From assembly GCA_947623935.1 (NCBI GenBank), contig CANQIE010000001.1:4169-68168 (forward strand): a stretch of 64,000 bases of DNA, read 5' to 3'. The position numbers and the translations under genes were made by a program. Below the pieces are notes generated by a model. The model made no database searches. It saw only the letters and a program-made list of their open reading frames with translations, and was not told the DNA's origin. This stretch comes from an uncultured Bacilli bacterium. GTDB lineage: Bacteria > Bacillota_I > Bacilli_A > RF39 > UBA660. Below, in pieces: positions 38,566 to 49,412 of the stretch; position 1 is the first letter of the stretch, and each line of letters begins with the position of its first letter.

Positions 38566-41211
38566 TTATTCATCTTCAGTTGGTACTTCAATTGCTTCAA
38601 CTACAGATTCATCATCTTCTTCTAAATCATCATTGTTTTCTTCATGTGCAACCGATGCAACGGAAGCCACTTTTTGATCATTCTTCAAATGAATTAAACG
38701 AACACCTTGTGTTGAACGACGTAAAGTAGATACTTGATCGATTGGTAATCGAATGACGATTCCACTATCAGTAATAATAACTAAATCTTCTTCATCAGTA
38801 ACAGCTTTTAAAGTAACAAGCATTCCATTCTTTTCAGTAACATTTAAGGCTTTAACACCTTTGCTACCTCTATGTGTTAAACGATAATCATCAATTGGTG
38901 TTTGTTTTCCATATCCATTTTCAGTAACAACTAAAACATTTTCGTTGGCATAAACGATTTCGCCACCCACTACTTTAGCAGAACCTAAATCGATTCCTCG
39001 AACACCAGAAGCAGATCTTCCCATGATCCGAACTTCAGATTCTTTAAAGCGAACCATTCGTCCATTAGAAGCACCAATAATAATTTCATTATCTCCCGTA
39101 GTCTTACCTACAGAAATCAATTCATCATCTTCTTTTAAAGTGATAGCTATTTTTCCACTTCGACGAATATTATCAAATTCAACTAAGTTTGTTCTCTTAA
39201 CTACACCATTTCTAGTAATAAAGAATAAATATTTATAATCTTCTTCATTCGCTTTGATAGATAAAATTGAATTAATTTTTTCTTCTTTTTCCACAGGTAA
39301 TAAATTGATAATTGGCAATCCCTTACTTTGTCTGCTAAATTCTGGAACCTCGTAACCTTTCATACGATAGACTTTACCTTTATTACTAAAGAATAAGATA
39401 TAGTCATGCGTTTCCATGTTGATCATTTTTTCAACGAAATCTTCTTCGCTAGTAGCCATTCCTTTAACACCTACACCACCTCTATTTTGAGTACGGTATT
39501 CATCTACAGATAGACGTTTAATGTATCCTTTATTAGTAAGTGTTATCAATGTATTTTCAACTGGAATAAGGGATTCATCTTCGATATAATCAACGGCAGT
39601 CATATCAATCTTGGTACGTCGATCATCACCATATTTCTTTTTAATTTCAAGCATTTCTTCTTTAATAATTTCAAGAACACGTTCAGGTTTAGCTAGAATA
39701 TCTTTGTAATCAGCAATTTTGATTTGTAAATCTTCTAGTTCACTTTCAACTTTTCCACGTTCCAAACCAGTTAAACGACGAATACGCATTTCAAGAATAC
39801 TATTTGCTTGAATTTCATCCAAGCCAAAACGTTCTTGTAATTTAGCACGTGCTTCTTCATCCGTATCAGCAGAACGCACAATATGAACCACTTCATCGAT
39901 ATTATCTAAAGCAATTCGTAATCCTTCTAAAATGTGAACACGTTCTTCTGCTTTTCCTAAATCAAAACGAGTTCTTCTAACAATAACTTCTTTTTGATGT
40001 TCAATATATTTAGAAATAATATCTTTTAATCCTAAAGTCTTTGGTGTTTGTCCATCCAAAACAAGGAAAATAATTCCATAATTAACTTGGAAATTCGTAT
40101 GTTTATATAAATTATTTAAAACAACTTGTGGATTAGCATCCTTCTTTAAAGTAATTGTTATTTTGACCCCATCTTTTAGATCCGTATGGTAGTCTGAAAT
40201 ACCTTCAATAACTTTATTGTGTACTAATTCAGCTACTTTATTTTTAAGTTCCATTGTATTAACACCATAAGGAACTTCATCGATAATAATATTGCTGTGG
40301 CTTCCTGCATCTTCAATGGTAGCTTTACTACGAATGGTGATGCTTCCACGACCTGTTTCATAAGCCTTCTTAATACCAGAATTACCTAAAATAATTCCTC
40401 CTGTTGGAAAATCAGGTCCTTTAATATATTCCATTAAACCTAGAGTATCAATGTCTGGATTATCAATATACGCAACACATCCATCGATAACCTCAGATAA
40501 GTTATGTGGCGGAATATTCGTAGCCATACCAACCGCAATTCCCATAGAACCATTAACTAAAATGTTAGGAAATCTAGAAGGTAAAACCGTAGGTTCTTTC
40601 ATAGTAACATCGAAGTTATCGTCCATATCAACGGTATCTTTATTGATATCTCTCAATAATTCCAAAGAAATCTTAGCAAGGCGAGATTCGGTATAACGCA
40701 TTGCTGCAGCACCGTCTCCTTCGATATTACCAAAGTTTCCATGTCCATCAATCAACACATATCGTTGATTAAAATCTTGCGCTAAACGAACCATCGCTTC
40801 ATAAATAGAACTATCGCCATGTGGGTGATAATGACCCATTACATAACCTACGGTCGTAGCACTTTTACGATGAGGTTTATCTGGTGTATAACCTGATTCA
40901 TACATACTCCATAAAATACGACGATGAACTGGTTTTAATCCATCTCGTAAATCCGGTAAAGCACGCGATTTAATAACACTCATGGAATATTCCATAAAAG
41001 ATGTTTTTACTTCATCGACAATATTATTGTGATCAAGTCGGTCTCTTTCATGAAAGTAACCACTGAAGTTAGAACTATTAGAAGACGCTAATGTATTATT
41101 ATCATTGGTCGCCTCTTCGTTTGTACTATCTAAAACAATATCTTCTTCAACCGGTCCATCATTTTCATTAGCACGATCTAATAATTCATCTAAATTATCT
41201 TTATTATCCAT
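38566..41211 (-). CDS. gyrA: DNA gyrase subunit A (with about 45-aa low-complexity N-terminal extension and acidic C-tail)
   Basis: SRALPDLRDGLKPVHRR, active-site region, six GyrA-box-containing C-terminal blades; 881 aa. Confidence 0.95.
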   Translation of the reverse strand: MDNKDNLDELLDRANENDGPVEEDIVLDSTNEEATNDNNTLASSNSSNFSGYFHERDRLDHNNIVDEVKTSFMEYSMSVIKSRALPDLRDGLKPVHRRILWSMYESGYTPDKPHRKSATTVGYVMGHYHPHGDSSIYEAMVRLAQDFNQRYVLIDGHGNFGNIEGDGAAAMRYTESRLAKISLELLRDINKDTVDMDDNFDVTMKEPTVLPSRFPNILVNGSMGIAVGMATNIPPHNLSEVIDGCVAYIDNPDIDTLGLMEYIKGPDFPTGGIILGNSGIKKAYETGRGSITIRSKATIEDAGSHSNIIIDEVPYGVNTMELKNKVAELVHNKVIEGISDYHTDLKDGVKITITLKKDANPQVVLNNLYKHTNFQVNYGIIFLVLDGQTPKTLGLKDIISKYIEHQKEVIVRRTRFDLGKAEERVHILEGLRIALDNIDEVVHIVRSADTDEEARAKLQERFGLDEIQANSILEMRIRRLTGLERGKVESELEDLQIKIADYKDILAKPERVLEIIKEEMLEIKKKYGDDRRTKIDMTAVDYIEDESLIPVENTLITLTNKGYIKRLSVDEYRTQNRGGVGVKGMATSEEDFVEKMINMETHDYILFFSNKGKVYRMKGYEVPEFSRQSKGLPIINLLPVEKEEKINSILSIKANEEDYKYLFFITRNGVVKRTNLVEFDNIRRSGKIAITLKEDDELISVGKTTGDNEIIIGASNGRMVRFKESEVRIMGRSASGVRGIDLGSAKVVGGEIVYANENVLVVTENGYGKQTPIDDYRLTHRGSKGVKALNVTEKNGMLVTLKAVTDEEDLVIITDSGIVIRLPIDQVSTLRRSTQGVRLIHLKNDQKVASVASVAHEENNDDLEEDDESVVEAIEVPTEDE

Positions 41212-41223
41212 ATTTTCACCCCC

Positions 41224-43155
41224 CTAAATATCAAGATTTTGTACATTCCATGCATTTTCTTCGATAAACTTACGACGAGGATCTACTTCATCACCCATTA
41301 ATTTTTCAAAAATAGCATCGGCTGCAACACAATCTTCTACTGTTATTTTTCTTAAAACACGTTTTTCAATGTCCATCGTTGTTTCATTTAATTCATCTGC
41401 ATCCATTTCTCCTAAACCTTTCATACGAGCAATCTCAGCACGAGATCGTACGTTTTCTGGTAAAGAATTCATATAAGCATTTAATTCATCTTCATTTAAC
41501 ACATATTTTCTTGTTTTACCATGCATGATACGGAATAATGGTGGTTGAGCAGCATAGACATGTCCTGCTTGAACAATTGGACGGAAGAAACGATAAAATA
41601 AAGTTAATAACAATACACGAATATGACTTCCATCAACATCGGCATCGGTCATGATAATAATCTTATCGTACCTTAATTTTGATAAATCAAAGTACTCCCC
41701 TATTCCAGTTCCAAAAGCCGTAATAATGGTTTTAATCTCTTCATTTCCAAGAGCTCTATCAAGTCTTGCTTTTTCTACATTTAAAATCTTACCACGTAAT
41801 GGAAGAATTGCTTGAGTCATCGAGTCTCTTCCTTTTTTAGCAGAACCACCTGCCGAATCTCCCTCGACGATAAAGATTTCAGAAATCGTTGGATCTTTAC
41901 TCTTACAATCCGATAATTTACCAAAGAAATTAGTAGTGGCTAAATCACTTTTTCTGGTTGCTTCTCTTGCTTTTTTAGCAGCCATTCTGGCATTTCGTGC
42001 AAGGATTGCTTTATTGATAATAACTCTTGCTTCTTCTGGGTTTTCAAGTAAGAAACGTTCAAATCCATCCGAGAATACACTATCGGCTAGATTCTTCACT
42101 TCAGAGTTTCCAAGACGACCTTTCGTTTGTCCTTCAAATTGAGGATTTGGATGTTTACAAGAAATGATCATAGTCAATCCTTCTTTAACATCGTCATCTT
42201 TTAAATTCTCATCTTTTTCTTTTAAGATGTTGTTCTTTCGTGCATAATTATTGATAACTCTAGTAAGTGCACGTTTAACTCCATCCTCGTGCGTTCCTCC
42301 ATCATGAGTATTGATATTATTAACAAAGGAATAAATATTGGTATTATAAGAAGTGTTATATTGCATCGCAACTTCGAAAATAACATCGTTCTTTTCTCCT
42401 GATAAATGGATAATATCTTCATGAATAGGTGTTTTTTCTTGATTGATGAAACGAACATATTCACTAATACCACCTTCATACATAAAGGTTTCTCCTGTTG
42501 TATCTTCCATATCACGATCATCGCGAATATTTAAAGATAGTCCTTTATTTAAGAAAGCAAGTTCACGAATTCTAGTCTTTAGTGTTTCATAATCATAAAT
42601 ATCGGTATCAAAAATATCAGGATCTGGTTTAAATGAAACAGTTGTACCCGTTCTATCTGGTTCACAATCCCCTATAACATGTAAAGGTTCAGTAGTATGT
42701 CCACCATTTTCAAAACGCATCTTGTAGATTTTACCCTCTTTATAAACTGTAACTTCTACCCATTTTGATAAAGCATTTACTACACTCGCACCAACACCGT
42801 GGAGACCTCCTGATACTTTATATCCGCCTCCACCAAATTTTCCACCTGCATGAAGTACGGTATAAACCGTCTCTACCGTAGAAACACCTGTCTTAGGGTG
42901 AATATCTACTGGGATTCCACGTCCATTATCTTTTACGGTAATCGAATTATCTTTATTGATAACGACTTCAATATGTGTACAAAATCCAGCAAGAGCTTCA
43001 TCTATAGAGTTATCCACAATTTCCCAAACTAAATGATGGAGTCCTTTAACATCTGTTGTACCAATATACATACCCGGTCTTTTTCGAACTGCCTCTAGTC
43101 CTTCTAAAACTTGAATCGATGACGAATCATATTCTTCATTTACTTTTTCTTCCAT
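41224..43155 (-). CDS. gyrB: DNA gyrase subunit B
   Basis: GHKL ATPase, Toprim EGDSAGG motifs; 643 aa. Confidence 0.95.
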   Translation of the reverse strand: MEEKVNEEYDSSSIQVLEGLEAVRKRPGMYIGTTDVKGLHHLVWEIVDNSIDEALAGFCTHIEVVINKDNSITVKDNGRGIPVDIHPKTGVSTVETVYTVLHAGGKFGGGGYKVSGGLHGVGASVVNALSKWVEVTVYKEGKIYKMRFENGGHTTEPLHVIGDCEPDRTGTTVSFKPDPDIFDTDIYDYETLKTRIRELAFLNKGLSLNIRDDRDMEDTTGETFMYEGGISEYVRFINQEKTPIHEDIIHLSGEKNDVIFEVAMQYNTSYNTNIYSFVNNINTHDGGTHEDGVKRALTRVINNYARKNNILKEKDENLKDDDVKEGLTMIISCKHPNPQFEGQTKGRLGNSEVKNLADSVFSDGFERFLLENPEEARVIINKAILARNARMAAKKAREATRKSDLATTNFFGKLSDCKSKDPTISEIFIVEGDSAGGSAKKGRDSMTQAILPLRGKILNVEKARLDRALGNEEIKTIITAFGTGIGEYFDLSKLRYDKIIIMTDADVDGSHIRVLLLTLFYRFFRPIVQAGHVYAAQPPLFRIMHGKTRKYVLNEDELNAYMNSLPENVRSRAEIARMKGLGEMDADELNETTMDIEKRVLRKITVEDCVAADAIFEKLMGDEVDPRRKFIEENAWNVQNLDI

Positions 43156-43156
43156 C

Positions 43157-44272
43157 TTATTTCATCCTTTCTTCGATTGTTCCATCTTGTACTGTAAATA
43201 TTTTAGCATCTTGTAATATATCCCTTTTTATATCTTTTAAATCCGTAGTTGTAATGATGGTTTGAATATCTTTTTCAATATATTTCAATAATTTATTTTT
43301 CTTTTTTCGATCAATTTCACTAAAAATATCATCTAATAAAAGAACGGGTGTTGTAGAGGTATCTTCTTTAAAGAGTTCAATCTCTGCTAATTTAAAACAA
43401 ATAACAGCTAATCGTTGTTGTCCTTGGGAAGCAAAAAAACGCATATTATCGTTGTTCAAATAAAAAGAAAAATCATCTCGATGCGGTCCAAATAAAGTAG
43501 TGCCTTGAGCTAGTTCTCGTTCCCTATTCTTCCGTAATTTATTCACTAATTCTTTATTTAGACTTGCTTCTTCAAAGCTAGCAACTTCAATATTAGGTTC
43601 ATATTTTATAACAAGACCACTGGTTCCTGTTATATTTTCATAAATAGTGCCAATCACTTTATTGATTCGATTTAAAAATTCATTCCGATATTTATAAATT
43701 TTAACTGCTCGCTCCACTAGTTTTTCATCTAATACTGATAAATAGTTCTCATCCCTTAAATGATTCACATACATAAGTCGTAAATATTCATTTCGATTTT
43801 TTAAAATCTTATCGTACTCATTTAGTAATTGCAGATAAGTTCTCGATAATTGACTCATATCAATATTTAAAAGATTTCTTCTAATGGATGGCGAACCTTT
43901 GATAATCTCTAAATCATCGGGTGTAAAAATAATCACATTTAAATGGGTAATATAATCAGCAATTTTTCTTACTTCTTTACCATTTAATAAAACTTTTTTT
44001 TGTAATTTAGTGAGTTGAATTTCTAAATCACGAAAGATTTTTCCATCTTTCACAGTACCCTTAATTTTAGATTGTTCCTCCCCTATTTTGATTAATGTGT
44101 TTTCGATTCCTTGTCGATGTGATTTTGTAAGAGCTAAAAGATAGATACTTTCTAGAATATTGGTTTTTCCCTGAGCATTATTTCCAACAAATATATTGAT
44201 ACCGGGATGTAATTTAATATTTTGCTTTTTATAATTTCGAAAATGAATTAAGCTAATTTTCGTTAATATCAT
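43157..44272 (-). CDS. recF: DNA replication and repair protein RecF
   Basis: Walker [13 protein letters not shown] signature, 371 aa. Confidence 0.95.
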   Translation of the reverse strand: MILTKISLIHFRNYKKQNIKLHPGINIFVGNNAQGKTNILESIYLLALTKSHRQGIENTLIKIGEEQSKIKGTVKDGKIFRDLEIQLTKLQKKVLLNGKEVRKIADYITHLNVIIFTPDDLEIIKGSPSIRRNLLNIDMSQLSRTYLQLLNEYDKILKNRNEYLRLMYVNHLRDENYLSVLDEKLVERAVKIYKYRNEFLNRINKVIGTIYENITGTSGLVIKYEPNIEVASFEEASLNKELVNKLRKNRERELAQGTTLFGPHRDDFSFYLNNDNMRFFASQGQQRLAVICFKLAEIELFKEDTSTTPVLLLDDIFSEIDRKKKNKLLKYIEKDIQTIITTTDLKDIKRDILQDAKIFTVQDGTIEERMK

Positions 44273-44384
44273 AATTTGATAAAAAAACGCTCATAAAATC
44301 ACCTTTTCTTGAAGTCCAATACTCCTATACACACATATCTATTATAACATAGATTTTATCTTTAAACCATAAAAAAAGGCTTTT

Positions 44385-44861
44385 TTAGCCATTTTTTACT
44401 GTTTTTCGATGATTTAAAATAGATTCTAATAAAGTCGCTCTTAAAAATTGATTATTTAGAGAATAACTGGAGACATTGGTTTTAATAATTTTTCCATTAT
44501 TGAAATAGATTAAAGCTTTTCTTTGATTTTTTCCAATCTTTTTAAAATGCTTAAGGGATATCCAAATACAATCATCTAATAAAGGTGAATTGGTTGGAAA
44601 GAAAATGAGCCTTCGATCTTCTTCTACCACAATAGGTAATTTGTACTCTGCATTTAGTATTGCTTTAGACCCTATTACTCTCCCCTCATAACTACTTCCA
44701 TAATACTTACAACTGTCATCCATAATCTCGTAAGCAGACTTATCTACGATATACTCATCGTTGGTTTCAATGATACGTGACTTATTTTCAGATATACTAA
44801 TAATAGCTAGTGTATCATCATTGATTTCATAATCAAACATTTCTTTTCCCCCTAACTGCAA
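44385..44861 (-). CDS. comK: ComK-family competence transcription factor-like protein
   Basis: CKYYGSSYEGR, PIVVEEDRRLIFFPTNSP...CIWISLKHF, YFNNGKI blocks align with B. subtilis ComK (CRFFGSSYAGR, PIMVDPSNQIFLFPTLSS..CGWISHVHV, TFSNGKT). Confidence 0.7.
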   Translation of the reverse strand: MQLGGKEMFDYEINDDTLAIISISENKSRIIETNDEYIVDKSAYEIMDDSCKYYGSSYEGRVIGSKAILNAEYKLPIVVEEDRRLIFFPTNSPLLDDCIWISLKHFKKIGKNQRKALIYFNNGKIIKTNVSSYSLNNQFLRATLLESILNHRKTVKNG

Positions 44862-44970
44862 ATTTTAAATTTGCGCCACCATTTTATCAAATTTACCTGT
44901 CGAAATTCCTCTAATTTTGTCGAAGGGAAAAAATTTTGTCAAAAAAAGAAGAAAGCCATTTTTCTTCCTT

Positions 44971-46092
44971 TTAATAAGTACGAATTGGTAAAACTAGTTG
45001 AACGAGTGTTGGATCCTCTTTAGATTTTAAAATAATAGGTTTAATTTCTCCTACAAAAGAGATATCTACATTATCTGAAGGAAAACTTCTTAAAGCTTCC
45101 ATCATATATTTTGCTACAAATGAAATATGGATATTTTCATCATTATCTTTTTCCACAACCATCTTTTCTTCAACACGTCCTAATTCAAGTGAACTAGACC
45201 TAACAAATAACTTATTATCATCGGTCTCAAGGGTTACTACATTTTTCTCTTTATCACTGGTTAAAATACTAGCTCTATCAATAACACTATATAAACTACT
45301 TACAGTTGTTGAAACAGTTAACAACGAATCCTCAGGTAATAAATTAGAAGTATTTGGATAAGTTCCACTAATAAGACGAGATTGGAATAAGAGATTTTCA
45401 AACTTAAATAGAATCTTATTATTAAATACATGTAATTCCATTAAATCTTCGGTATCAGGCATAATCTTACTTAATTCAATTAAATTTTTACTTGGAACAA
45501 TAATATTGTAACTCTCTTCCACAACTTGATCTAATTGAATTGTTTTTCGAGCAAGACGATAAGAATCGGTTGCATTACATTCTAGAATATTTCCATTAAT
45601 CTTAAAGTTAAGTCCTGTTAAAACTGGTCTAGATTCATCATTAGAAGAAGCAAAAGCAGTTTGATCAATAATACTTTTAAAAATATTATTTGGAATTTTG
45701 ATAGGTTTTTTACTTTCTTCTAAATTAACATTAGGATATTCTGTTTGACTAATACCATTTAAATTAAATTCACTATTTTCTGTATAAATAAGAATTTTTA
45801 AATCATCAATGACTTCTATATTAATATATTCATCAGGTAATTTACGAACGATATCTAAAACATATTTTCCTTGAATGATAATACTTCCTTCTGTTTCAAT
45901 ATCCATTACATCTTTAGCTTCAATAAAATTTTGAATCGTTATATCATTATCCGATGCTGTTAAAGTTAAACCTTTCTTTGATAAATCAAATTTAATACCG
46001 GATAATACCGGAATTAAAGTTTTACTAGAAAGTGCTTTTGAGACTTTATTTAATCCGTCTTGAAGAATCTCCTTTTTAATTTTTAATTTCAT
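44971..46092 (-). CDS. dnaN: DNA polymerase III beta sliding clamp
   Basis: 373 aa three-domain clamp, conserved MKLKI...start. Confidence 0.95.
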   Translation of the reverse strand: MKLKIKKEILQDGLNKVSKALSSKTLIPVLSGIKFDLSKKGLTLTASDNDITIQNFIEAKDVMDIETEGSIIIQGKYVLDIVRKLPDEYINIEVIDDLKILIYTENSEFNLNGISQTEYPNVNLEESKKPIKIPNNIFKSIIDQTAFASSNDESRPVLTGLNFKINGNILECNATDSYRLARKTIQLDQVVEESYNIIVPSKNLIELSKIMPDTEDLMELHVFNNKILFKFENLLFQSRLISGTYPNTSNLLPEDSLLTVSTTVSSLYSVIDRASILTSDKEKNVVTLETDDNKLFVRSSSLELGRVEEKMVVEKDNDENIHISFVAKYMMEALRSFPSDNVDISFVGEIKPIILKSKEDPTLVQLVLPIRTY

Positions 46093-46231
46093 ATTATTTT
46101 CCTTCTTTCTTATATTTTTTTATTATTTTTAAAGTGGAAACTGTTCATAACTTCATTTTCACTTTATTTTACTATTCTTTCTTCTTTATTTTCTTGTGGA
46201 AAAAAGCGTTTATAATTTTTATTTATCCCCT
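46093..46231. promoter_or_regulatory. dnaA-dnaN intergenic oriC half (AT-rich region with DnaA boxes, likely DUE side)
   Basis: TGTGGAAAA (46194..46202) and weaker boxes in a >80% AT spacer. Confidence 0.5.
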
Positions 46232-47599
46232 TCACTTAATATCTTTCATTAATTTTTCAATGGTTCCTGCCAATTCTTTATTTGTTTTCATTTCTCGTTC
46301 GATTTTTTCACAGGAGTGCATAACGGTAGAATGATCTTTTCCACCAAACTCCATTCCTATTTTAGGAAAAGATTCATTAGTGAGTTTTCTACACAGGTAC
46401 ATGGCAACTTGTCTTGGAAAAGCAAGATTTGCACTTCGCTTCTTACTTTTCATATCTTCACTTGATATTTGATAAAATTCTGCTACTCGCTTTTGAATTT
46501 TTTGAATATCGTTTTTCTCAGTTACTCCCTTGTTGATAAAATCTTTTAAGGCTTCTATTGCTAAATCTAAGTTGATTTCTTGTCCACCCATGATGGTGGA
46601 ATATGCAAGTAGCCTATTGACTGATCCTTCGAGCTGTCTAACATCATTTCCCATATTAGAGGCAATATATTCAATGACATCTTCGGGAATTTCTCGTTCA
46701 ATGGCTCCTCCTAAAATCTTCTTTTTTAGAATGGATACGCGTAAATCGAAGTCTGGTGGAAAAATGTCTACTGTTAATCCCCAACAGAACCTTGTTCGTA
46801 ACCTGTCCTCTAAGACTTTTAAATCATCTGGTGATCGGTCTGAGGAAATAATAATTTGTTTATTATCACTATATAAAGTATTAAAGGTATGGAAAAATTC
46901 TTGTTGAGTTTTAGTAGCTCCTCCTAAAAACTGAATGTCATCGATGATTAGTACATCTACATTTCGATATTTATTTTTAAAATATTCTATATAATTAAAG
47001 TTATTACCGTTATCATCTTTGGTATTGATGCCCAAGAAATCTTCTATAAATTGTTCACTAGTAACATATAACACCCGTCGATTAGAATTTTGTACGATGA
47101 AGTTACCAATCGCATGCATCAAATGGGTTTTTCCTAATCCACTATTACCATATATAAATAAAGGGTTATACATTTTTCCAGGATTCTCTGCTACGGATAA
47201 AGCCGCGGCATGAGCAAATTTATTACTGTTTCCAACAACAAAGTTTTCAAAAGTATAATTTGGATTTAAATTTGATTGCACATTATTATTGGAAGGAATA
47301 ATAACTTCTTTCTCTTCTTCTTTCCGTCGTTCAATTTCTTTTTTCTCATCAATCTCTTCTTGTAGTAAAAATTCTATTTCAAAATTAGATCCTGCTAAAT
47401 TATTAAAAGTTTGAATAATTAAATCTTTATAATTATCTTCTAAATGTCTTTTGTGTATTTCCATCGGAACTATAATTGTCGCTTTTCCATTCTCTAATGC
47501 GTAAAGATGCGTATCTTGAAACCAAGTTTCGTAAGATAAGGAGGTAATTTCTTTTTTTATTTCTTCTAAGAAATTATCCCATAAGATGGTAACATTCAT
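46232..47599 (-). CDS. dnaA: chromosomal replication initiator DnaA
   Basis: AAA+ Walker A GNSGLGKTHL, DnaA signature, C-terminal HTH DNA-binding domain; start at MNVTILW. Confidence 0.95.
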   Translation of the reverse strand: MNVTILWDNFLEEIKKEITSLSYETWFQDTHLYALENGKATIIVPMEIHKRHLEDNYKDLIIQTFNNLAGSNFEIEFLLQEEIDEKKEIERRKEEEKEVIIPSNNNVQSNLNPNYTFENFVVGNSNKFAHAAALSVAENPGKMYNPLFIYGNSGLGKTHLMHAIGNFIVQNSNRRVLYVTSEQFIEDFLGINTKDDNGNNFNYIEYFKNKYRNVDVLIIDDIQFLGGATKTQQEFFHTFNTLYSDNKQIIISSDRSPDDLKVLEDRLRTRFCWGLTVDIFPPDFDLRVSILKKKILGGAIEREIPEDVIEYIASNMGNDVRQLEGSVNRLLAYSTIMGGQEINLDLAIEALKDFINKGVTEKNDIQKIQKRVAEFYQISSEDMKSKKRSANLAFPRQVAMYLCRKLTNESFPKIGMEFGGKDHSTVMHSCEKIEREMKTNKELAGTIEKLMKDIK

Positions 47600-47608
47600 A
47601 AATATCAC

Positions 47609-47932
47609 ATCCTTATCAGCGTATTGTTTAAAAGTAAATTCATTGTTTTTTATTGTAACTGAAATTGTGGAAAAAGAAAAGAAAAAAAATTAAAAAATTG
47701 AAATTCACAGGTTATTCACCTGTTTTGCACAAAGTTATCCACTAATCTTATCCTTATTATATAAGGAAATGGTTGATTTTTCCACAAAATATGTAAATTT
47801 TATAATCAACAAGGTGCATTTTGTTTTCCACAAAGCTGTGCAAAATGTGGAAAAAATAAAAATCTAAAAAGCGGTTGACAAATTTCCTTTTTTCCTATTA
47901 TAATAATGGAGACTTTATGTTTGGAGGTGGAA
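47609..47932. promoter_or_regulatory. oriC DnaA-box cluster upstream of dnaA
   Basis: at least six 8/9 or 9/9 matches to TTATCCACA in both orientations (47666, 47735, 47778, 47824, 47846 etc.) plus A-tracts. Confidence 0.8.
47875..47904 (+). promoter_or_regulatory. rpmH promoter TTGACA-N18-TATAAT
   Basis: perfect -35 and -10 hexamers read directly, about 30 nt upstream of rpmH ATG. Confidence 0.5.
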
Positions 47933-47935
47933 ATG

Positions 47936-48058
47936 ATGAAAAGAACGTATCAACCAAATAATCGTAAAAAAGCAAAAAAACATGGTTTCTTTGCAAGAGT
48001 AAAAACAAATGTACTTAAGAAACGTAGAGCGAAAGGACGTAAGCAATTAGCAAAATAA
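47936..48058 (+). CDS. rpmH: 50S ribosomal protein L34
   Basis: [40 protein letters not shown]; GGAGGTGG SD. Confidence 0.9.
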   Translation: MKRTYQPNNRKKAKKHGFFARVKTNVLKKRRAKGRKQLAK

Positions 48059-48060
48059 TA

Positions 48061-48085
48061 CCACTGAGACTTTCAGTGGTTTTTT
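48061..48085 (+). terminator. rho-independent terminator/attenuator after rpmH
   Basis: CCACTGAGACTTTCAGTGG hairpin followed by TTTTTT. Confidence 0.6.
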
Positions 48086-48135
48086 CCTATTATAAATAGT
48101 CTTGGATCAAAAATAAAAATAAAGGGAGTGATCCA

Positions 48136-48486
48136 GTGAAAAAAGTAAATATAGTAAAAGAAAATATTCTTTTTAATGATATTATAAACACAGGTAAATG
48201 TGTGAAAGATAAAAATCTAGTCATCTATTATAATATAAATAAGGAAAAGAGATATCGCTTTGGTATTTCCATTGGAAAAAAGATTGGAAATGCGGTTACT
48301 AGGAATTATCAAAAGCGAAGAATAAGGAATATTGTGGATAATCATAAAAATCTCTATTCAAATGATTTAGATTATATTATAATAATAAGAAGAAATGTTT
48401 TAAATGAGGACTTCATACAATTAGATGAAAGCTTCGTTCAACTTATGAATAATATTAATAAGATGAGAGAAAGGAGCACCGAATGA
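48136..48486 (+). CDS. rnpA: RNase P protein component
   Basis: 116 aa basic protein, RNR-like motif region VTRNYQKRRIRN; GTG start. Confidence 0.85.
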   Translation: MKKVNIVKENILFNDIINTGKCVKDKNLVIYYNINKEKRYRFGISIGKKIGNAVTRNYQKRRIRNIVDNHKNLYSNDLDYIIIIRRNVLNEDFIQLDESFVQLMNNINKMRERSTE

Positions 48487-49412
48487 AAAAAACGACGAAA
48501 AAGAAATTTATTGTTTTACTACTATTAGTATTCTTATTTACCGGTTGTACACAGACCTTAAAGAATCAAGAAAATAAAGATGTGATCAATCCTGAAACAG
48601 GTCAAAGTCTTACAGGAAATATCTTATGCCAACCAACCGATGAAAAAACAAGAGAATTATATACGGAAGCAGGAGTTAATTTAGACGATTATGTTGAATG
48701 TAAAAACTTTACTCCACTTACGGGAAAAGATGACGGACTTTGGGAAACAATTTTCGTAAAACCATTAGCATTTGTTATTTTGTGGATAAGTGAATTTGTA
48801 AAAAGTTCTGCATTATCGATTATAATTGTTACTTTATTAATAAGATTAGTTGTGTATCCACTTACGAATAAAGCAGCGCTTCAATCTGAACTCATTAAGA
48901 AAGCTCAACCAGAATTAGATAAATTAGAAAAGAAATATGCCAATAAGAATGACCAAGAATCGTTAATGCGAAAAAGTCAAGAAATGACCTTAATCTATAA
49001 AAAATATAATATTAATCCTTTATCCGGTTGTCTCTTTGCTTTTATTCAGTTACCTTTATTCTTTGCTTTCTTAGAAGCTATTAACCGTCTACCTATCATC
49101 TTTGAAGAAAATTTTTTAGGAATGCAAATGGGAACTACTCCTTGGAATGGACTATTAAATCAACATAATTTTATTTATTTACTTTTAGTAGTATTAATTG
49201 GTTTAACGACTTATGTATCAATGCAAATGAATCGTACTAGTGCAGTATCTAGTGATGATCCAATGAAGAATATGACAACCATTATGACCGTTATGATTAT
49301 TATTATGTCTTTCTTTATGCCTAGTGCTTTAGGTATTTACTGGAGTGCATCCAATGTATTTACAATGATTCAGAATTTAATTGTAAAAAGGAGTAAGAAG
49401 TTAAATGGATAA
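48483..49412 (+). CDS. yidC: membrane protein insertase YidC/Oxa1 family lipoprotein
   Basis: lipobox LFTGC, five TM helices, conserved after rnpA. Confidence 0.9.
   Translation: MKKTTKKKFIVLLLLVFLFTGCTQTLKNQENKDVINPETGQSLTGNILCQPTDEKTRELYTEAGVNLDDYVECKNFTPLTGKDDGLWETIFVKPLAFVILWISEFVKSSALSIIIVTLLIRLVVYPLTNKAALQSELIKKAQPELDKLEKKYANKNDQESLMRKSQEMTLIYKKYNINPLSGCLFAFIQLPLFFAFLEAINRLPIIFEENFLGMQMGTTPWNGLLNQHNFIYLLLVVLIGLTTYVSMQMNRTSAVSSDDPMKNMTTIMTVMIIIMSFFMPSALGIYWSASNVFTMIQNLIVKRSKKLNG

Noticed and set aside
41216-41223. C6 run (G6 on minus strand) between gyrB and gyrA
   Set aside because: it is the GGGGGG Shine-Dalgarno of gyrA and only 6 nt; not comparable to the G8 promoter-spacer tracts
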